From Eledone cirrhosa (lineage: Eukaryota), in the NCBI GenBank assembly GCA_964016885.1, contig OZ024741.1, forward strand, positions 325,190,001 through 325,254,000: DNA of 64,000 nucleotides, in the 5' to 3' direction. The notes beneath the pieces are model-generated. The model saw only the letters and a list, made by a program, of their open reading frames with translations, had not been told where the DNA came from and did not search any database. This document shows positions 25,396 to 39,951 of this stretch, piece by piece. The position numbers and the translations under genes are program-made. Within the stretch, counting starts at the first letter, position 1. Each line of letters starts with the position of its first letter.

Positions 25396-25737
25396 GTTAT
25401 ATATATAATCTGAGATACAATTCATCTTCGTTGATAGATGAATGATGAATGTTGAATTAATTGTTCATTTCACACGAACATTATTGCTCACCGGAAGTTA
25501 AACATAGTTCATGCTTCGTGACTTTTTCGTGATTTCGCGTGATACTTGCGTGTTTCTGCGTGATTTAGGATTTACACATTTCAGTGAGACCTAAAGCCGA
25601 ACTGACGAATCGTGTTTAACGGAGTTAAAAACCGACTAAAATTAAACCGGAATATACTAAACCTAATTTTAGAAACACCTTCCTTAATTGAAGATGTCTG
25701 TAAAAGAGGAGGGCAGTGGTGACACAGTTATGAAGAG

Positions 25738-25780
<43 letters not shown>

Positions 25781-25921
25781 GGGATGGTCGTTGAGAAATT
25801 GGAAATCGTCTAGCGTTCATCGATTCCTTTCCTTTATCGATCTCTTCATAATAAACACATACTTAAACACATACTGCAAGAGTGGTATCTCTATATCTAT
25901 ATGCCCGCTCTCTCTCTATCT

Positions 25922-25968
<47 letters not shown>

Positions 25969-26062
25969 ATATATATATGTATATATATATATATATATAT
26001 ATAAAGTATATATATATATGTATATATATATAAAGTATATATATATGTATATATATATAAAG

Positions 26063-26094
<32 letters not shown>

Positions 26095-26373
26095 GTGCTC
26101 TGAAATAGAGATGTATACATGAATGTATATATAGTATATTTAGCAACATACTGTTTGTTTAATTAAAACATTTAGAAGACCATTCGCTATCAGTTTTAAA
26201 GTAGTGACTATGTCACTTACTTCTTTTCGGTAAAGGCTGGAAAGAGGGTGACAGCTGTTTCTCGCTGTTTGGCGTTTATCAAAGCCACACACTCACCTGC
26301 CTTTGCCGAAATATATATATATATACTCTACTTTCTTTAAATTGAATATTTTTGTGTGTTAACTAGTAACAAA

Positions 26374-26555
<182 letters not shown>

Positions 26556-26962
26556 ACATATATATATATGAGTGTGAGTGTATGTGTGTGTATGTATATA
26601 TATATATGTATTGATGTACATATGCATATATATTATAAGTACATATTTATATATAAGTATTGTAAATATATGTGTAGAAATGGTGTATGTGTGTTTCTAT
26701 GTGCCTGTGCATTGCATTAATAGACATATCTACCAAGCATTTCTGTGATAATTAGACATACAATATTTGAAGATATGTCGAGGAAACATCGTCTTGGCAG
26801 TTATGGAGAACGTCGTTGTGATTTCTTTATTTATTATTTTTCTCTTTTTTTCTTACTTGTTCCTATGTCATTCTATATATTTTGTAGCCATGCTAATTAT
26901 AAGTTGAAACGGCAGGACAGATCTGTCAAACAATTTCCTTTTAATATTGTGGATATAAAAAG

Positions 26963-27160
26963 GGCGGTGGATTGGCAGTATCGGTAGAGTGTCGGACGCC
27001 ATGCTTTGCTGCATAGAGTTACGGCCCTTTATGGTCTGAATTCAAATCCCGCCGAGGTTAACTTTGCCTTTCATCCTAAAGTAGCAGTCACGCACTGGGG
27101 TCGATTTAATCGACTTTCCCCTCCCCCAAAATTTCTGGCCTTGTGCCTATATAAGAAACC
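26963..27160 (+). mobile_element. Dominant tRNA-derived SINE with 18-bp target-site duplication
   Basis: A-box tggcagtatcgg and B-box-like gaattcaaatccc. TSD aatattgtggatataaaa at 26943-26960 and 27161-27178. Confidence 0.85.
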
Positions 27161-27219
27161 AATATTGTGGATATAAAAGACAGTTGTCTGTCTATATATA
27201 TATCTGTATTTATATTGTG

Positions 27220-28175
27220 GCTACCGTGACGGCATGTAGCCTAGTGATTAGTGTGTTGGAATCACCACCATACGCTTGTGGGTTCAATTCCTGGTCTGGG
27301 CAGGTCTGGGTGGGGGCGTTGTTTTATTCAGCAAGACTCTTTATTTTATGTTGCCTTTCAATAGAAGACTGCGGTGTCCCTCTCATTAACACATCCAAGA
27401 AATCTCTTATGAGATATAACCTCATAGTAGGTCATAGGTGTGAGCTACAAAATTTCATTTTTGCTTCTATAATGTAGACGTAGCATAGCCAAATAGTTAA
27501 TAAGTTAGCATCATAATCATTAGGTCCCAGGTTCGGTTCCACTGCGTGGGGTCTTGACCAGTTCTCATTTACAATAGCCTCGGGTCTACCTAGACATTGT
27601 AAGCATAATTTGGTCGATGGAAGTTAAAAGGTCCCGAGTTCGATCCCAGGGCGTGGTATCTTGGGTAAGTGACTTTGACTATCACTGCGGGTCAACTCAT
27701 GCAGTATAAATAAAATTAGGTAGACAGAAACCGTGTGTAAGAAAGTCGGATGAAGTGTGTCTGTTTTTGGAAGGGCCAGCCTTGTCACATTCTGTGTCAT
27801 GCTGAATCTACTTGAAATATTGCGTTAAGAGTTCAGGTGTCTGTGGAATGCTCAGCGACTTGCAGGTTAATTTCACGAGCAGGTCGTTCCGTTGGTCAAA
27901 TAGCTTAAATACTCATCGTCGAAACCGATGAAGATCCAAAGGCCACATACACACATAATGTTTGTGGAATGCTCAGCCACTTGCAGGTTAATTTCACGAG
28001 CAGGTCGTTCCGTTGGTCAAATAGCTTAAATACTCATCGTCGAAACCGATGAAGATCCAAAGGCCACTGACACACATAATGTTTATGAAATGCTCAGCCA
28101 CTTGCAGGTTAATTTCACGAGCAGATTTCCCCGTTGATCGAATAAGTGGAACGCTCATCGTTGAAACCGACAGAG
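27220..28175 (+). mobile_element. Cluster of decayed tRNA-derived SINEs, ending in a ~122-bp unit repeated ~3 times (27838-28175)
   Basis: B-box-like ggttcaattcc, ggttcggttcc and gagttcgatccc. tgctcagc(c/g)acttgcaggttaatttcacgagcag occurs three times. Confidence 0.65.
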
Positions 28176-28622
28176 GTCCATTCCATTCCATATCTATATT
28201 AAATATTATTCCTCCTCTCTGTTGTGGTATGTTTGTGTCAATCGTTGTTCTTTCTCTTCTTTTCCATAAATTTCATCATTCCAATTGTTTTATTACAAAT
28301 ACTCTATCTGTTTTGAGTTTATATATCTAACTACCCCAGGAAAATATGGCGAAATTGTTTTTATGCTGCGTATGTCTAATTCAGTCTAAACTGGATAGTA
28401 TTTCCAATCTGCTATGTTCTTTTCTATTTTGAAAATGTCTCATTATTCATTTTGAAGTACTTCAGTGAAAATATAACACATCTATGGCGGCAACTTGGCA
28501 AAATCGTTAAGGCGTCGATAAACAAAGTACCAGTTGAGTACTGGGGTTCGATTCTTCTCTTTTTCGCTCTTTCTGATTCATTACCCTATCTTTTTCGACC
28601 GGTTCATTGTCACATTTTCGGA

Positions 28623-28653
<31 letters not shown>

Positions 28654-28715
28654 TGTATGTATGTATGTATGTATGTATGTATGTATGTATGTATGTATGT
28701 ATGTATGTATGTTAT

Positions 28716-29948
28716 GTCAGGTCACCAGTTGGTGCTACTGGTAACATGTATCCCAGTACAACCTGTCTCATGGTCGGGTCGTTGGCGACTAAACTGGCAA
28801 CCCCACCAAGGTTTCTTGGTGAGGAGGGTGACTTTGGACATCCTGCAGGACTAAAAACAAAACCTGTCAAAGGGCAAAGGAGCTCTTAAGAGTCAATGGC
28901 CTTCCAAAATCACCGGGAGAGATGACACCTTAGCCTTTGTCAAGGCAGAATTCTAGGAGAAGGAAAACTCTGATATAACACCTGCAACCCTGATGGTATC
29001 CAATGATGTTGACTTGTTCTTCTTTTTGGTAAATATCATCTTGGTTAAGAGAGTGGGACTGGCTTTGTGCAGTGCCTTTCCTCACTATAAAAGCTTCACA
29101 GCACAGGCATTGCTTTATATCTGGAGATCTCTCTGCACTTGTCATCACATGGTACCATGGGCCCAGCACTATGTGTCAATAATTGTCACAAGTGTAGTGT
29201 TTGTACCAGAGTTTTCAAGTCGCTGGCTGAGACTAAAAAGTCACACTCGTTCAGCGCATCAGTAGGGGTTCTCCTACATGGATATAAAGTAGTGGCCGTA
29301 CTCGAAAACGAGTTGGCAGCCACCATGTATGTATGTATGTCAGGTCACCAGTTGGTGCTACTGGTAACATGTATCCCAGTACAACCCGTCTCATGGTCGG
29401 GTCGTTGGCGACTAAACTGGCAACCCCACCAAGATTTCTTGGTAAGGAGGGTGACTTTGGACATCCTGCAGGACTAAAAACAAAACCTGTCAAAAGACAA
29501 AGGAGCTCTTAAGAGTCAATGGCCATCCAAAATCACCGGGAGAGATGACCCCTTAGCCTTTGTCAAGGCAGAATTCTAGGAGAAGGAAAACTCTGATATA
29601 ACACCTGCAACCCTGATGGTATCCAATGATGTTGACTTGTTCTTCTTTTTGGTAAATATCATCTTGGTTAAGAGAGTGGGAGTGGCTTTGTGCAGTGCCT
29701 TTGCTCACTATAAAAGCTTCACGGCACAGGCATTGCTTTATATCTGGAGATCTCTCTGCACTTGTAGTCACATGGTACCATAGGCCCAGCACTATGTGTC
29801 AATAATTGTAACAAGTGTAGTGTTTGTACCAGAGTTTTCAAGTCGCTGGCTGGACTAAAAAGTCACACTCGTTCAGCGCATCGGTAGGGGTTCTCCTACA
29901 TGGGTATAAAGTAGTGGCCGTACTCGAAAACGAGTTGGCTGCCACCAT
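28716..29948 (+). mobile_element. Head-to-tail pair of the RTE-derived element (copies B 28716-29326 and C 29339-29948)
   Basis: Two ~610-bp copies separated by gtatgtatgtat and flanked by (tatg)n. Confidence 0.88.
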
Positions 29949-30050
29949 GTATATATGTATGTATGTGTGTATGTATGTAAGTATGTGTGTATGTATATTC
30001 TTCTGGTTTTATAATTTCACAAATTATTACCAATAGAGAGAGAGAGAGAG

Positions 30051-33000
30051 TCGGTTTCTAACATAGACACAAGACTCTCTCATTGGAATTTACACAGCAT
30101 CAACTAGGTAGATTATGTATGCATGCATGTGTAGATATGGATGATATTGTATGTGTGGATGTGTATGTTTTGAGTTGTATGTGTGCATGTGTATATGCTT
30201 TGTATCTGTACATGTGTATATGCAGTTATGAGATGCAAAATCTTTGGAATGTTTTACATATTTTTACTGTTCCATTAATAGATTGTACTTGTAATTTCCT
30301 AACTAGTTGTGTTCTTTCTGTTCCTGTGCCTAGCTTCTCAAGATTTGTATTGAGGCAGTTACTAATATACCCAGTGCCCCAATAATCAAAGACATAAATC
30401 TGAAGGTGTAATTAGGGTGTAGTATCTGCAGATTTCCCATCAGTTCTGCATAAATATTCTCCTTTTCGCTAATCTTTGATATAATATTGGTATCTGCTCG
30501 GCAGCTAACTTCCACTACTGTGCATGCTTTCTTTTCCCCGTCCCTTATCATAATATCTGGTCTGTTATGCCTGCATTTTATTAGGGTTTTTACTGGAAAT
30601 TTCCACCAGTACTCTTTTATATTATGTATATGGATGTCTTCCAGATTGCTGTAGCTTTTAATGTGTTTATTATCGGGGCTATCTTTTCTACGGATTGCAT
30701 TTTACATTGTTTTGGCCACTATATCATGCCTCATAGGTAGATAGTACCGCGATGACATCTTTGGGCAGCTGCTGATGACATGGGTGACATCTTCGATGTT
30801 AATTCTGCAGAGGCTGCATTTGTTATCACATCTAGGTGTTTTGCCTGCATCCCTATCTCTTTTGTGAATCAGGTATTTCGTGTTAATTTCCTGTTCTTGG
30901 ATTGCAATAACGTATCCTTCAAAGCGGGAGCCAATATAGCGGTTGTTGGTCCAAGATAGACTACTTTCCGTATCTATATTACTCTCACTCTGGAACTTCC
31001 TGGCAACATATCCATACATGATGTTTTGCTGATAGGCATGCAGTTTTTCATCCATGGATTCACTGCGATACTGCTGAGCGACTTCCTTGAGTGTGAGTTT
31101 TTGATACAGGGAATACCTCTCGAGGAGTTCCTTCCCAACTCGCATGATCTTATCTGTTTCATGCAGATAGACTTGCTCGAGAGACGGGCTCCTACGCTTC
31201 GAGGTTCGTAGATGTTGTCGGAGGGATATGATGTGACATTCAAATGCTGCCTCCCTGCTTACGTTTCAAGTAAAGGCGGTCTATGTCACTGTTGATGTGG
31301 AAGTTTCCGGTGTTGTTTAGTATTTTTCGAGTTCTAGCATCAACTGCTCGGATTTCGTCTATCGTCCAATTGAGTATTCCAAACGTTGGTGTTAGGACAG
31401 GCACAGCAAACACATTGTGAGCCACTGTTTTGTTTTACGCAGAGAGTTCCGATGACCAAATCTTTCTTAATCGGGTGTAATATTCCCTGGTTACGCGTTC
31501 CTTATTACAGATACCATTATAGGATATGTTCTCATCTATCCCCAGGTATCTGTAGCAGTCCTCATCAGATATCGGTGAAACAGTTAGGCCATTGATGACA
31601 ATGTTGCTGGATTGGGTTGTTGTTTTCCCCCGCTTTACAGTCATGTATGAGTATTTATCTTGGCTAAACTCCATTCCTATATCCTTTGAGAACGTTGTAA
31701 CCAGGTCAAGATTTTTCTTCATCCCATCCATGTTCTTGGTATAGAGTTTCAGATCATTCACAAAGAAATTATGGGTTAGGTTCGTATTTCTGTCCTCCTG
31801 TAAGCCAATGATGTATCCTTCACATTTCTTGAGCAGAAAGGACAAGGGATTTAATGACAGGGTGAATAATATCACAGAGAGACTGTCTCCCTGAAATATA
31901 CCCCTGCGATATTTTATTTTATCAGTGAAAATAGAGTCCTCCTTCTCTGTCTTTAACATTAGGATAGTAACCCAAGAAAGAAGAAGACAGCTTCTCTATG
32001 GCTCTGATGATAATGTCTAGGATTTAGCAAGTTGGAGGACCTCTATCATCTAAGAGTGGGGAACAGAATCGAAAGCTTTCCTGTAGTCCAGCCAGACTGT
32101 AGCCATATTCCTCCTAAGTTGTCGCACCTCCGACATCGCAGTTTTGTTGATTAGGAGTTGTTCAGCACATCTTCAAACCCCTTTCTTTCCAGCTGCTTGT
32201 TCATCTGTGATGATGTTATTATTTTCACAGTGATCTTGGAGGAATAGGTTCAGGCTGTATACATCTTATACATCAGGTTCTGGCATGAAATGGGTCGGTA
32301 GGTTTTTGCCAAGTGGGTATCTTTGTTCTTGGGGACCAGTAATGTTTGTGCTAATGTCAACCATTCTGGTATAAGTGTATCTCCCTTACGAACTTGTTGG
32401 TAGAGGTCAGTAAGATACCTCCGATAAAATATTAGTTTTTTGTACCAGTAGCCGACAATCATGTCTCTTCCTGGTGTTTTCTTATCTTGGAGTTTTCCTG
32501 TCACAGTCTCAAGGGTACCCTCACTTATTTCGTATGTTTTTGTTGTAGTGTAGGAACAATAGTTCTTTCAGATTTTTTTAGCCACAATGCATCTTGGTTG
32601 AAATTCTTCTTTTCACCCCATATTTTTCACCAAAAGGAATCTATGTCTTTCTGGGATGGGGCCTCAGTGACACTTATTATTTTGCCCTTCATATCTCTAT
32701 AGACTGATGTTTGGTTTCGTCTGAATCTGTTATTAAACACTTTTCTTTCATCTATCTTCTTCAGGTATCGGCGTTTTTCGCTAACAGCTCTCAATTCTTG
32801 TTTGAGGGTAATCAGCTTATATTGGAGAGTTCAAGTTCTACTGTTACCAAACATCGTCTCTATTTTATTTTTCACTCTTTGTTGGTGAGGAGTGAGGTTT
32901 TTTTGTGTTTGTTTGCATGTAAGGAGCATTGTCACATATCCTATGGTTCTTCGTAGGTCAGCAATCTTTTTTCTATTTTAGTTATATATGATGGTATTTT

Positions 33001-34200
33001 TGGTGGTGTTTTGTTCTTGTTAATATCTCTGCTATCACCAAGATAATGCTTCACTGTCGTTGCTAAGGCATATAAACAGGCGTTGATTTGCCAAAATGTT
33101 GGGGTTTTTATCCGTCGTAAATATTCATCCCCTATTTCTTCAATAACACGTAATATTTCCTTATTTGTTTTTTTTTTATCAAATATTGTTTTAATACGTT
33201 CAGCAAGAGAGATATTTATACATGAATTAATTTCTCTCTGGAAGATTTCGGTGAGTGAAATTTTCAATTGTTTATACTTTTGATTATTATCATGGATTGG
33301 CAGTATCGGTAGAGGATCGGACGCCATGCTTTCCAGCATAGTTACGTCTCTTTACGATCTGAGTTCAAATCCTGCCGAGGTTGACTTTGCCTTTCATGCT
33401 TACGGGGTCGATAAAATAAAGTACCAGTAATGTACTGGGTAATTGCTGGCCTTGTGCCTAAAGTAGAAACAATTATTATCATTATCGATAGTATTTTCCA
33501 CAACAGTCGAGGTAGACTAGGATGGTACACGTGGTGTCAAATTTCATCGATTATTATTATTATTTCTTCGATTATTATTATTATCGATAGCGTTTCCCCA
33601 GCATTCGAGGTAGACTTAGATGGTACACGTGGTGTCAAGTTTCTTACAGGCATAGTTGTTTCAAGGCACTGTTCGACCTGGCTGCTAGGAAGTCTAGTAG
33701 CATGGCGACCTATAGCACGTGCTGTTGATCCCATGTTTGTTGTGGGGGACTTACAATTAATAATATGTATCTTATTTTTACGTTCAACAAACGTCGTTTG
33801 TTGGCGTAATTTTTTCGCTGTGAAGTGATTTAGCTCTGGGTGTATTTCGTCCCAGTGTAGTTTCATTCTGTTCATATAGCCAATGGAGGGATTGTTTTTT
33901 TGCCATTTTATAACAATTAAATAAATCATCCTTAAGTTCGCAACTTCAAGAGAAATGCGATTTATAATTTCGGTTTCTTCTGTAGTTACAACTGAATAAA
34001 TTTTGTTTACCTTTCTCGTTGTTTTTCTTCGGTACTTACTTAATGTTGTTGTTGTTGTGTTCAGCCATGCTGTTTGTAGCAAATCCTTGTAAAATGAATT
34101 ATGTATTTAGTCGGATATCGCTACGAATTCGAATAAAAGGTGTCTTCAGTAGATACAGTTAGAAGAATACCCAGTTATTCAACATGACTGTTAGTTGTAG
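30051..34200 (-). mobile_element. Decayed R4/Dong-type non-LTR retrotransposon (RT + CCHC + restriction-like endonuclease)
   Basis: RT motifs TPGRDMIVGYWYKK, YRPISCQN, WLDYRKAFDSVPH, RGIFQGDSLS, FVNDLKLY. CCHC finger CSLCRINIEDVTHVISSC. RLE motifs RHD and RPDIMIRD..VVEVSC. Many stops and frameshifts. Confidence 0.85.
33293..33473 (+). mobile_element. Dominant SINE inserted in the R4/Dong element
   Basis: ggattggcagtatcggtagag..gagttcaaatcc..ggccttgtgcctaaagtagaaac. Confidence 0.85.
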
Positions 34201-34269
34201 TATTACTGTCAGAGATAGTATTCATCTTAAATTTATTGAATAGTCTCCCACACCAAAAGTTTTTTGTTG

Positions 34270-34580
34270 TTGAGCGAGAGACATCTTTCTATGAGAAGGT
34301 CCCTCTGATATAAAATCCGCGACTTCTTTTGCATCCAATGACCAGTTCTTCTTTTTGGGCAGATGCATTCAATTTTCAGAGAGTGGGATTGGGCCGTGCA
34401 AAGCCTTTGCTCACTTAAAAAATTTCAAGCACAGACATCACTTGATATGTAACATTTTTTGAGATACATGGTATTGCTGGCCATAGGCAAGTCCCTAGCT
34501 GGACTAAAAAGCCACGTCCATGATGCTCATGCTTAAGTATCAAACGATGCAATTACTCGAAATCGAGTTGTAGCCATCAT
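34270..34580 (+). mobile_element. Old diverged relative of the RTE-derived non-autonomous element
   Basis: Shares ctctgatataa, ttcttctttttgg, gagagtggga..gcctttgctcact, gctggactaaaaag and the 3' tactcgaaa.cgagttg..gcca.cat. Confidence 0.7.
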
Positions 34581-34631
34581 ATGCATATACATATATGTGT
34601 ATATATGTACACACACACACACACACACACG

Positions 34632-34765
<134 letters not shown>

Positions 34766-35323
34766 AACGTACATACATACATATACCTGATATATATATG
34801 TATCTCTCTCTCTCTCCATATATATATATATATATACACTAGCATTATAATTTCTATATATGTATGTTTATATCCTTATCTGTCATGCTTTATATAATAA
34901 GAACATATTTTTACACTATGCTAATTTAAAAGCTGTCTACTATGTTTTTAAACGTGAGGAAACTATTTTAGCAATAAAATAACTTTTTCAAAAATATTTC
35001 TCTAATTCGTCTTAGTCATAAAAATTTCCTGCTTTGGTTTGGAAAAAATTGACATGTGACTAAATCTCTTTAAAATGTTATTTTACGTTATAATGTTGTC
35101 TTTTATGGTTAAAAAAATATTTTTGCATTAATTTCTTCGAATACAAATGCTTTCAAATTTAGTGAGATATAGAGTTTTATTCACAATATATACTACAAAC
35201 AGACACATATACACGCACACACACATATATATGTATGTATGCAAGTCAGGCCGATCATTCACTGTATATTTCAGAAAATGTCATATATTTTCATTAGCTC
35301 TGACAGATGGCAGGTGAGCAGTA

Positions 35324-35371
35324 AACTGCACTGATGAAGGGTGATACCCAGAAACATTAGTGTCTGCAGTT
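35324..35371 (+). ncRNA. Well-formed type I hammerhead ribozyme motif
   Basis: aactgca-CTGATGA-a-gggt gat accc-a-GAAA-cattagtg-TC-tgcagtt. 7-bp stem I and a GUC site. Confidence 0.8.
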
Positions 35372-35497
35372 CTGTTTACATGCTAACACAAGAACAAGAA
35401 TGAGGGACTCATTCTACTGACATGGCTTAAAAAAGGGTGTTTGCATAATTGCAAACGAATCGAATGTTATCATTAATATTCGAAAAACTCAGATTAC

Positions 35498-35547
<50 letters not shown>

Positions 35548-35550
<3 letters not shown>

Positions 35551-35780
35551 GATATTAATAAATGGAAACTATATTTATAAAACCATATTTATTTCATTAT
35601 ACATATTTCAGGGATACCACATTAAATTATGGTATGCCTTCATCAGACAAAATACAATATATTGTATATTGTATTTTGTCTGATGAAGGCATACCATAAT
35701 TTAATGTGGTATCCCTGAAATATGTATAATGAAATAAATATGGTTTTATAAATATAGTTTCCATTTATTAATATCGTATA
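35548..35780. repeat. Fold-back (~113-bp arms) with mirror hammerheads at 35590-35654 (-) and 35672-35736 (+)
   Basis: tattttgt-CTGATGA-aggcataccat..gtggtatccct-GAAA-tatgta-TA-atgaaata is present on both strands. Flanked by (TA)n. Confidence 0.8.
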
Positions 35781-35861
35781 TCTACTCCAAAAACTTGTCG
35801 AGTGCTTTATATCAGTTATAAAAATATTTACTTGTATCCCAACAATTTTAAATAGAACTTT

Positions 35862-35900
<39 letters not shown>

Positions 35901-36150
35901 GAAGTATTTCCGTCGGAAAGGTACAAGAAAAAAGAGTGCTCTATGTAGGCTACAGAGCTTATTAGTTATGTAATAGACAACATAAGATAATTATTTCATT
36001 TGCCAGTGAAGGCAGATGTTGTGTCTGTCTTCAGTCGTCAAAATGAAAAAATAACATGGTGTTTTTATTAAATATGGATTTGAAAACAAAATTTAGGGGC
36101 GAAATAATTATAAACAACTTAAAAATAAAAAAATACACACGACATGAGGC

Positions 36151-36191
<41 letters not shown>

Positions 36192-36522
36192 CACATATAC
36201 ATGTATATATATACCTATACACACATACAAACACACACACATATGTATATATATATATATATAAAATAAATATACATACACACATATATATATATATATA
36301 TATACATATATACACACACATAGACACATATATATATACACATACATATACACACACATCCACATACTAAAAAAACCCTACAATAAATTAGATAGATGAA
36401 TCTCAAAGATTCATAACCCACGTACATACGTACACATACGCGCGCGCTCACACGCACGCAATAAAAAATTATCACACGCATACATATAAACATATACGTA
36501 AATCCATACATACATATATACA

Positions 36523-36646
<124 letters not shown>

Positions 36647-36949
36647 CCAAAGCACGGCACCATAGCAGCGATAAGTCTAGACTTGACAGCAACCTTAATA
36701 GCCTTAAGGTTTCCCTAGCACCACTCGACAGTGTTGGCGGCAGCTCCAACAGACGCAACCGACATAACCGCGGCGAGACTGGGGAGCATGCTGGTGACCT
36801 GTACGGGTCATGAGGCTGTAACAGAAGGCGGTGTGGCGTGCGGAGTGATAATGATATTACCCCGCACGCCATAGGATATAATAGTACTAACTACAGAGAT
36901 AGTGGCGGTGGCGTGGATAATAACATAGGTAGCGATAGTAATGGCCTTA

Positions 36950-37990
36950 CTTCAGGCACTAGGAGCCATCGTAGCGGCAGAGAATGCAACTGTCGCGACC
37001 GACAATGCAACTGTCGAGATCAGGGAAGCTGTCCACGCAGGGGAAGTTACCTGACAGGCAATGTTATTTATAGGTGCACCATAACTAGCCATAATAGCTT
37101 CAAGCAGTATATAGGGGCCACCTCTGGCTCGTTCAAAACTAGATTTCGAACACATCTCCACTCTTTTAGAAACAAGAAGTTAAGATACTCCACGTCACTC
37201 GCCAACTACATCCCAACATTAAAAGACTCCAACATTAGCTTCTCCACATACTAGGAAAATGTCAGCAGGGCAACACCGTACAACTTCAAGAGGAAGTGCG
37301 AGCTCTGCCTCATGGAACTTTACCATATCATAAGAGCACTCCTCGAGCTCATCAACAACAGAGCAGAATCTGTGATAAACTGCAGACACAGAATACAGCA
37401 GTCGTTCTATGGTTGGATCCCGGGTGACACCCGAAGACCATAAACTGGGCCCCCCTGCACCAAACCATAACGCGCCGGTGGGTAGGCTGCTTATTAAACA
37501 TCTGTACACCAACTATGCCTCTCAGATCCGGCCTGACTGGGCAATAGTAAAGTAGCACCCATAAAATAGTAATGGAAAACAACCATCATGCGAGCGGACA
37601 TTAAGCCATTTGGGGACATTTATTCAAACACCGGCCAGAGTTACTCCCCTTGCCCTGTGACAATAACAACATGTCTGTTTGAACCAAGAATGAACTTTGA
37701 TGTGACTATCGCTAAAAACCCCCTCTGGGTTCTGTACTGAACGCTCTCTAGACTTGTATGTCCTTGAGAAGCCCTGTTCGGACGAAACGTACGTAGGTGC
37801 TTTTGCATAAACATGTTCTAACAGTATGTATTCTTCTTTGTAATCCTTTCATTTGTAACCGCTCTGCTTATATTCTCCCTCGCTAAATATTAACGCTTCC
37901 GATATTTAACCCTGTAGGCACAAGTATTGAGCACAAATGCACCAGCTTTTGGCAATTAACTATATGTATCGCTTATCTCTTTAAACCTTT
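36950..37990 (+). mobile_element. PLE 3' fragment: GIY-YIG, 3' UTR and degenerate hammerhead (~37761-37798)
   Basis: CNCRDQGSCP..NVIYRCTIT..YIGATSGSFKTRFRTHLHSF..STSLANYI, then KCELCLME and INNRAESVINCRH. Confidence 0.8.
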
Positions 37991-38461
37991 ACTCTCTCAC
38001 GATACGAAAATATTCTATATATATATATATATATATATGTACACACACACATGTATACATAAATATACACACACACACACCTATACATACACACACATAT
38101 ATAAATATACACACACACAAATACACGTGCGTGTGTGCATAAACATATAGGCAGACAATCTATAAATACACACACGCTCGCAGGTGTGAGTATAAGAAGG
38201 CGGATACCAAAAAATGAAAAAATGATATTATACTCCAGAAGATCTGTCAAGTGCTTCGAATCAGTTAAAATTATATATTTTTGTTGAATAACCGACAAAA
38301 TAAGTATCCCTACGCTTATAAATACGCGTACACATACACATATATATACACACACATATACATATACACATATATATATATATGACAAATAGTTATCGCT
38401 CTACATGGTTGAATACAATAAATGTAAGTGGAATTTGGTTGAGAGCAACTGCAGAAGGTTG

Positions 38462-38504
<43 letters not shown>

Positions 38505-38515
<11 letters not shown>

Positions 38516-38617
38516 CTGGTCTGTAATGGGTGTAATTTTACTTTTAAAGAGAAGGCCGGAGCTCAGCCGTCGGGGTCGTAACTCTTTTCCTATATATATC
38601 GGGGTCGTGACTCTTTT

Positions 38618-38695
<78 letters not shown>

Positions 38696-39582
38696 TGTAA
38701 TAAACAACATAAGGCAATTATTCCATTTACCAGTGGTTTCTTAAAAGCAAAAAATTTTGCTTTCAATCATCAGAATGAAAAAATCCTGGTCTGTTTATTG
38801 ATATTAGATTTTAAAAAACAAAAATGCAATCTATATGAAAGTGAGGCTGGAGAAGGAAGGAGGAAAGGAAAAATAAAATAAAAAATAAAAACACACATGC
38901 AAACGCACACATACACACACACACACAAATGTATACATACACACACATATATATAAATATATATATATATACATACACTCATACATACACACACACACAT
39001 ATACACATATACACATATATATGTGTGTGTATGTATTTATTTTTACGTATGTATGTGTACGTGCATTTGTGTGTATTGCTTACCACGCGTGTTTGTTCAT
39101 TTATTCGTTGCCTGTATCGCTGTCAACTTTATAATAGTTTTTATTATTTTATTTTTTATATATATTTTTTCTTATATTTATTTGCGTGTGTGAATATGTA
39201 GAGGTGTGTGTATATTTTTCTAATTTTGTACATGCATATGTATGCATTTATGTATGTGTATGTATGTACGTGTGTATATAGGTATGATTGTGTGTATGTA
39301 TGTATGTATGTATATGTATGTGTGTATGGCTATGTATGTATATGTGTATGCATATATATATATATATATATTCATATTTCTATATATATGTGTGTATATA
39401 TGTGTGTGTGGTTGCATATATGTATGCGTATGTATGGATGTGTTGATATTTATGTGTGTATGTATGTGTATATGTATGTGTATGTGTGTATATATATGCA
39501 CATATATATGTGTATATGTGTGTGTGTATGTATGAGTGTATGTATATATATATATTTATATATATGTGTGTGTATGTATACA

Positions 39583-39617
<35 letters not shown>

Positions 39618-39887
39618 ATGTGTGTTTTTATTTTTTATTTTATTTTTCCTTTCCTCCTTCCTTCTCCAGCCTCACTTTCATATAGATTGCATTTTTGTTT
39701 TTTAAAATCCACTATCAATAAACAGACCAGGATTTTTTCATTCTGATGATTGAAAGCAAAATTTTTTGCTTTTAAGAAACCACTGGTAAATAGAATAATT
39801 GCCTTATGTTGTTTATTACATAACTATTAAGCTCTGTTACCTACATAGAGCACTCTTTTTTCCTGGACTTTTCCGACGGAATTACTT

Positions 39888-39951
<64 letters not shown>

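Noticed and set aside
26963-27060. tRNA genes at A/B-box sites
   Set aside because: No complete cloverleaf. They continue into SINE bodies and one has a TSD.
28716-28800. Possible HDV-like ribozyme at the 5' end of the RTE-derived element (ccagt/actgg, gtcg/cgac, ctaa)
   Set aside because: P1, P3 and P1.1 could not be assembled in canonical order by eye. It needs a descriptor search.
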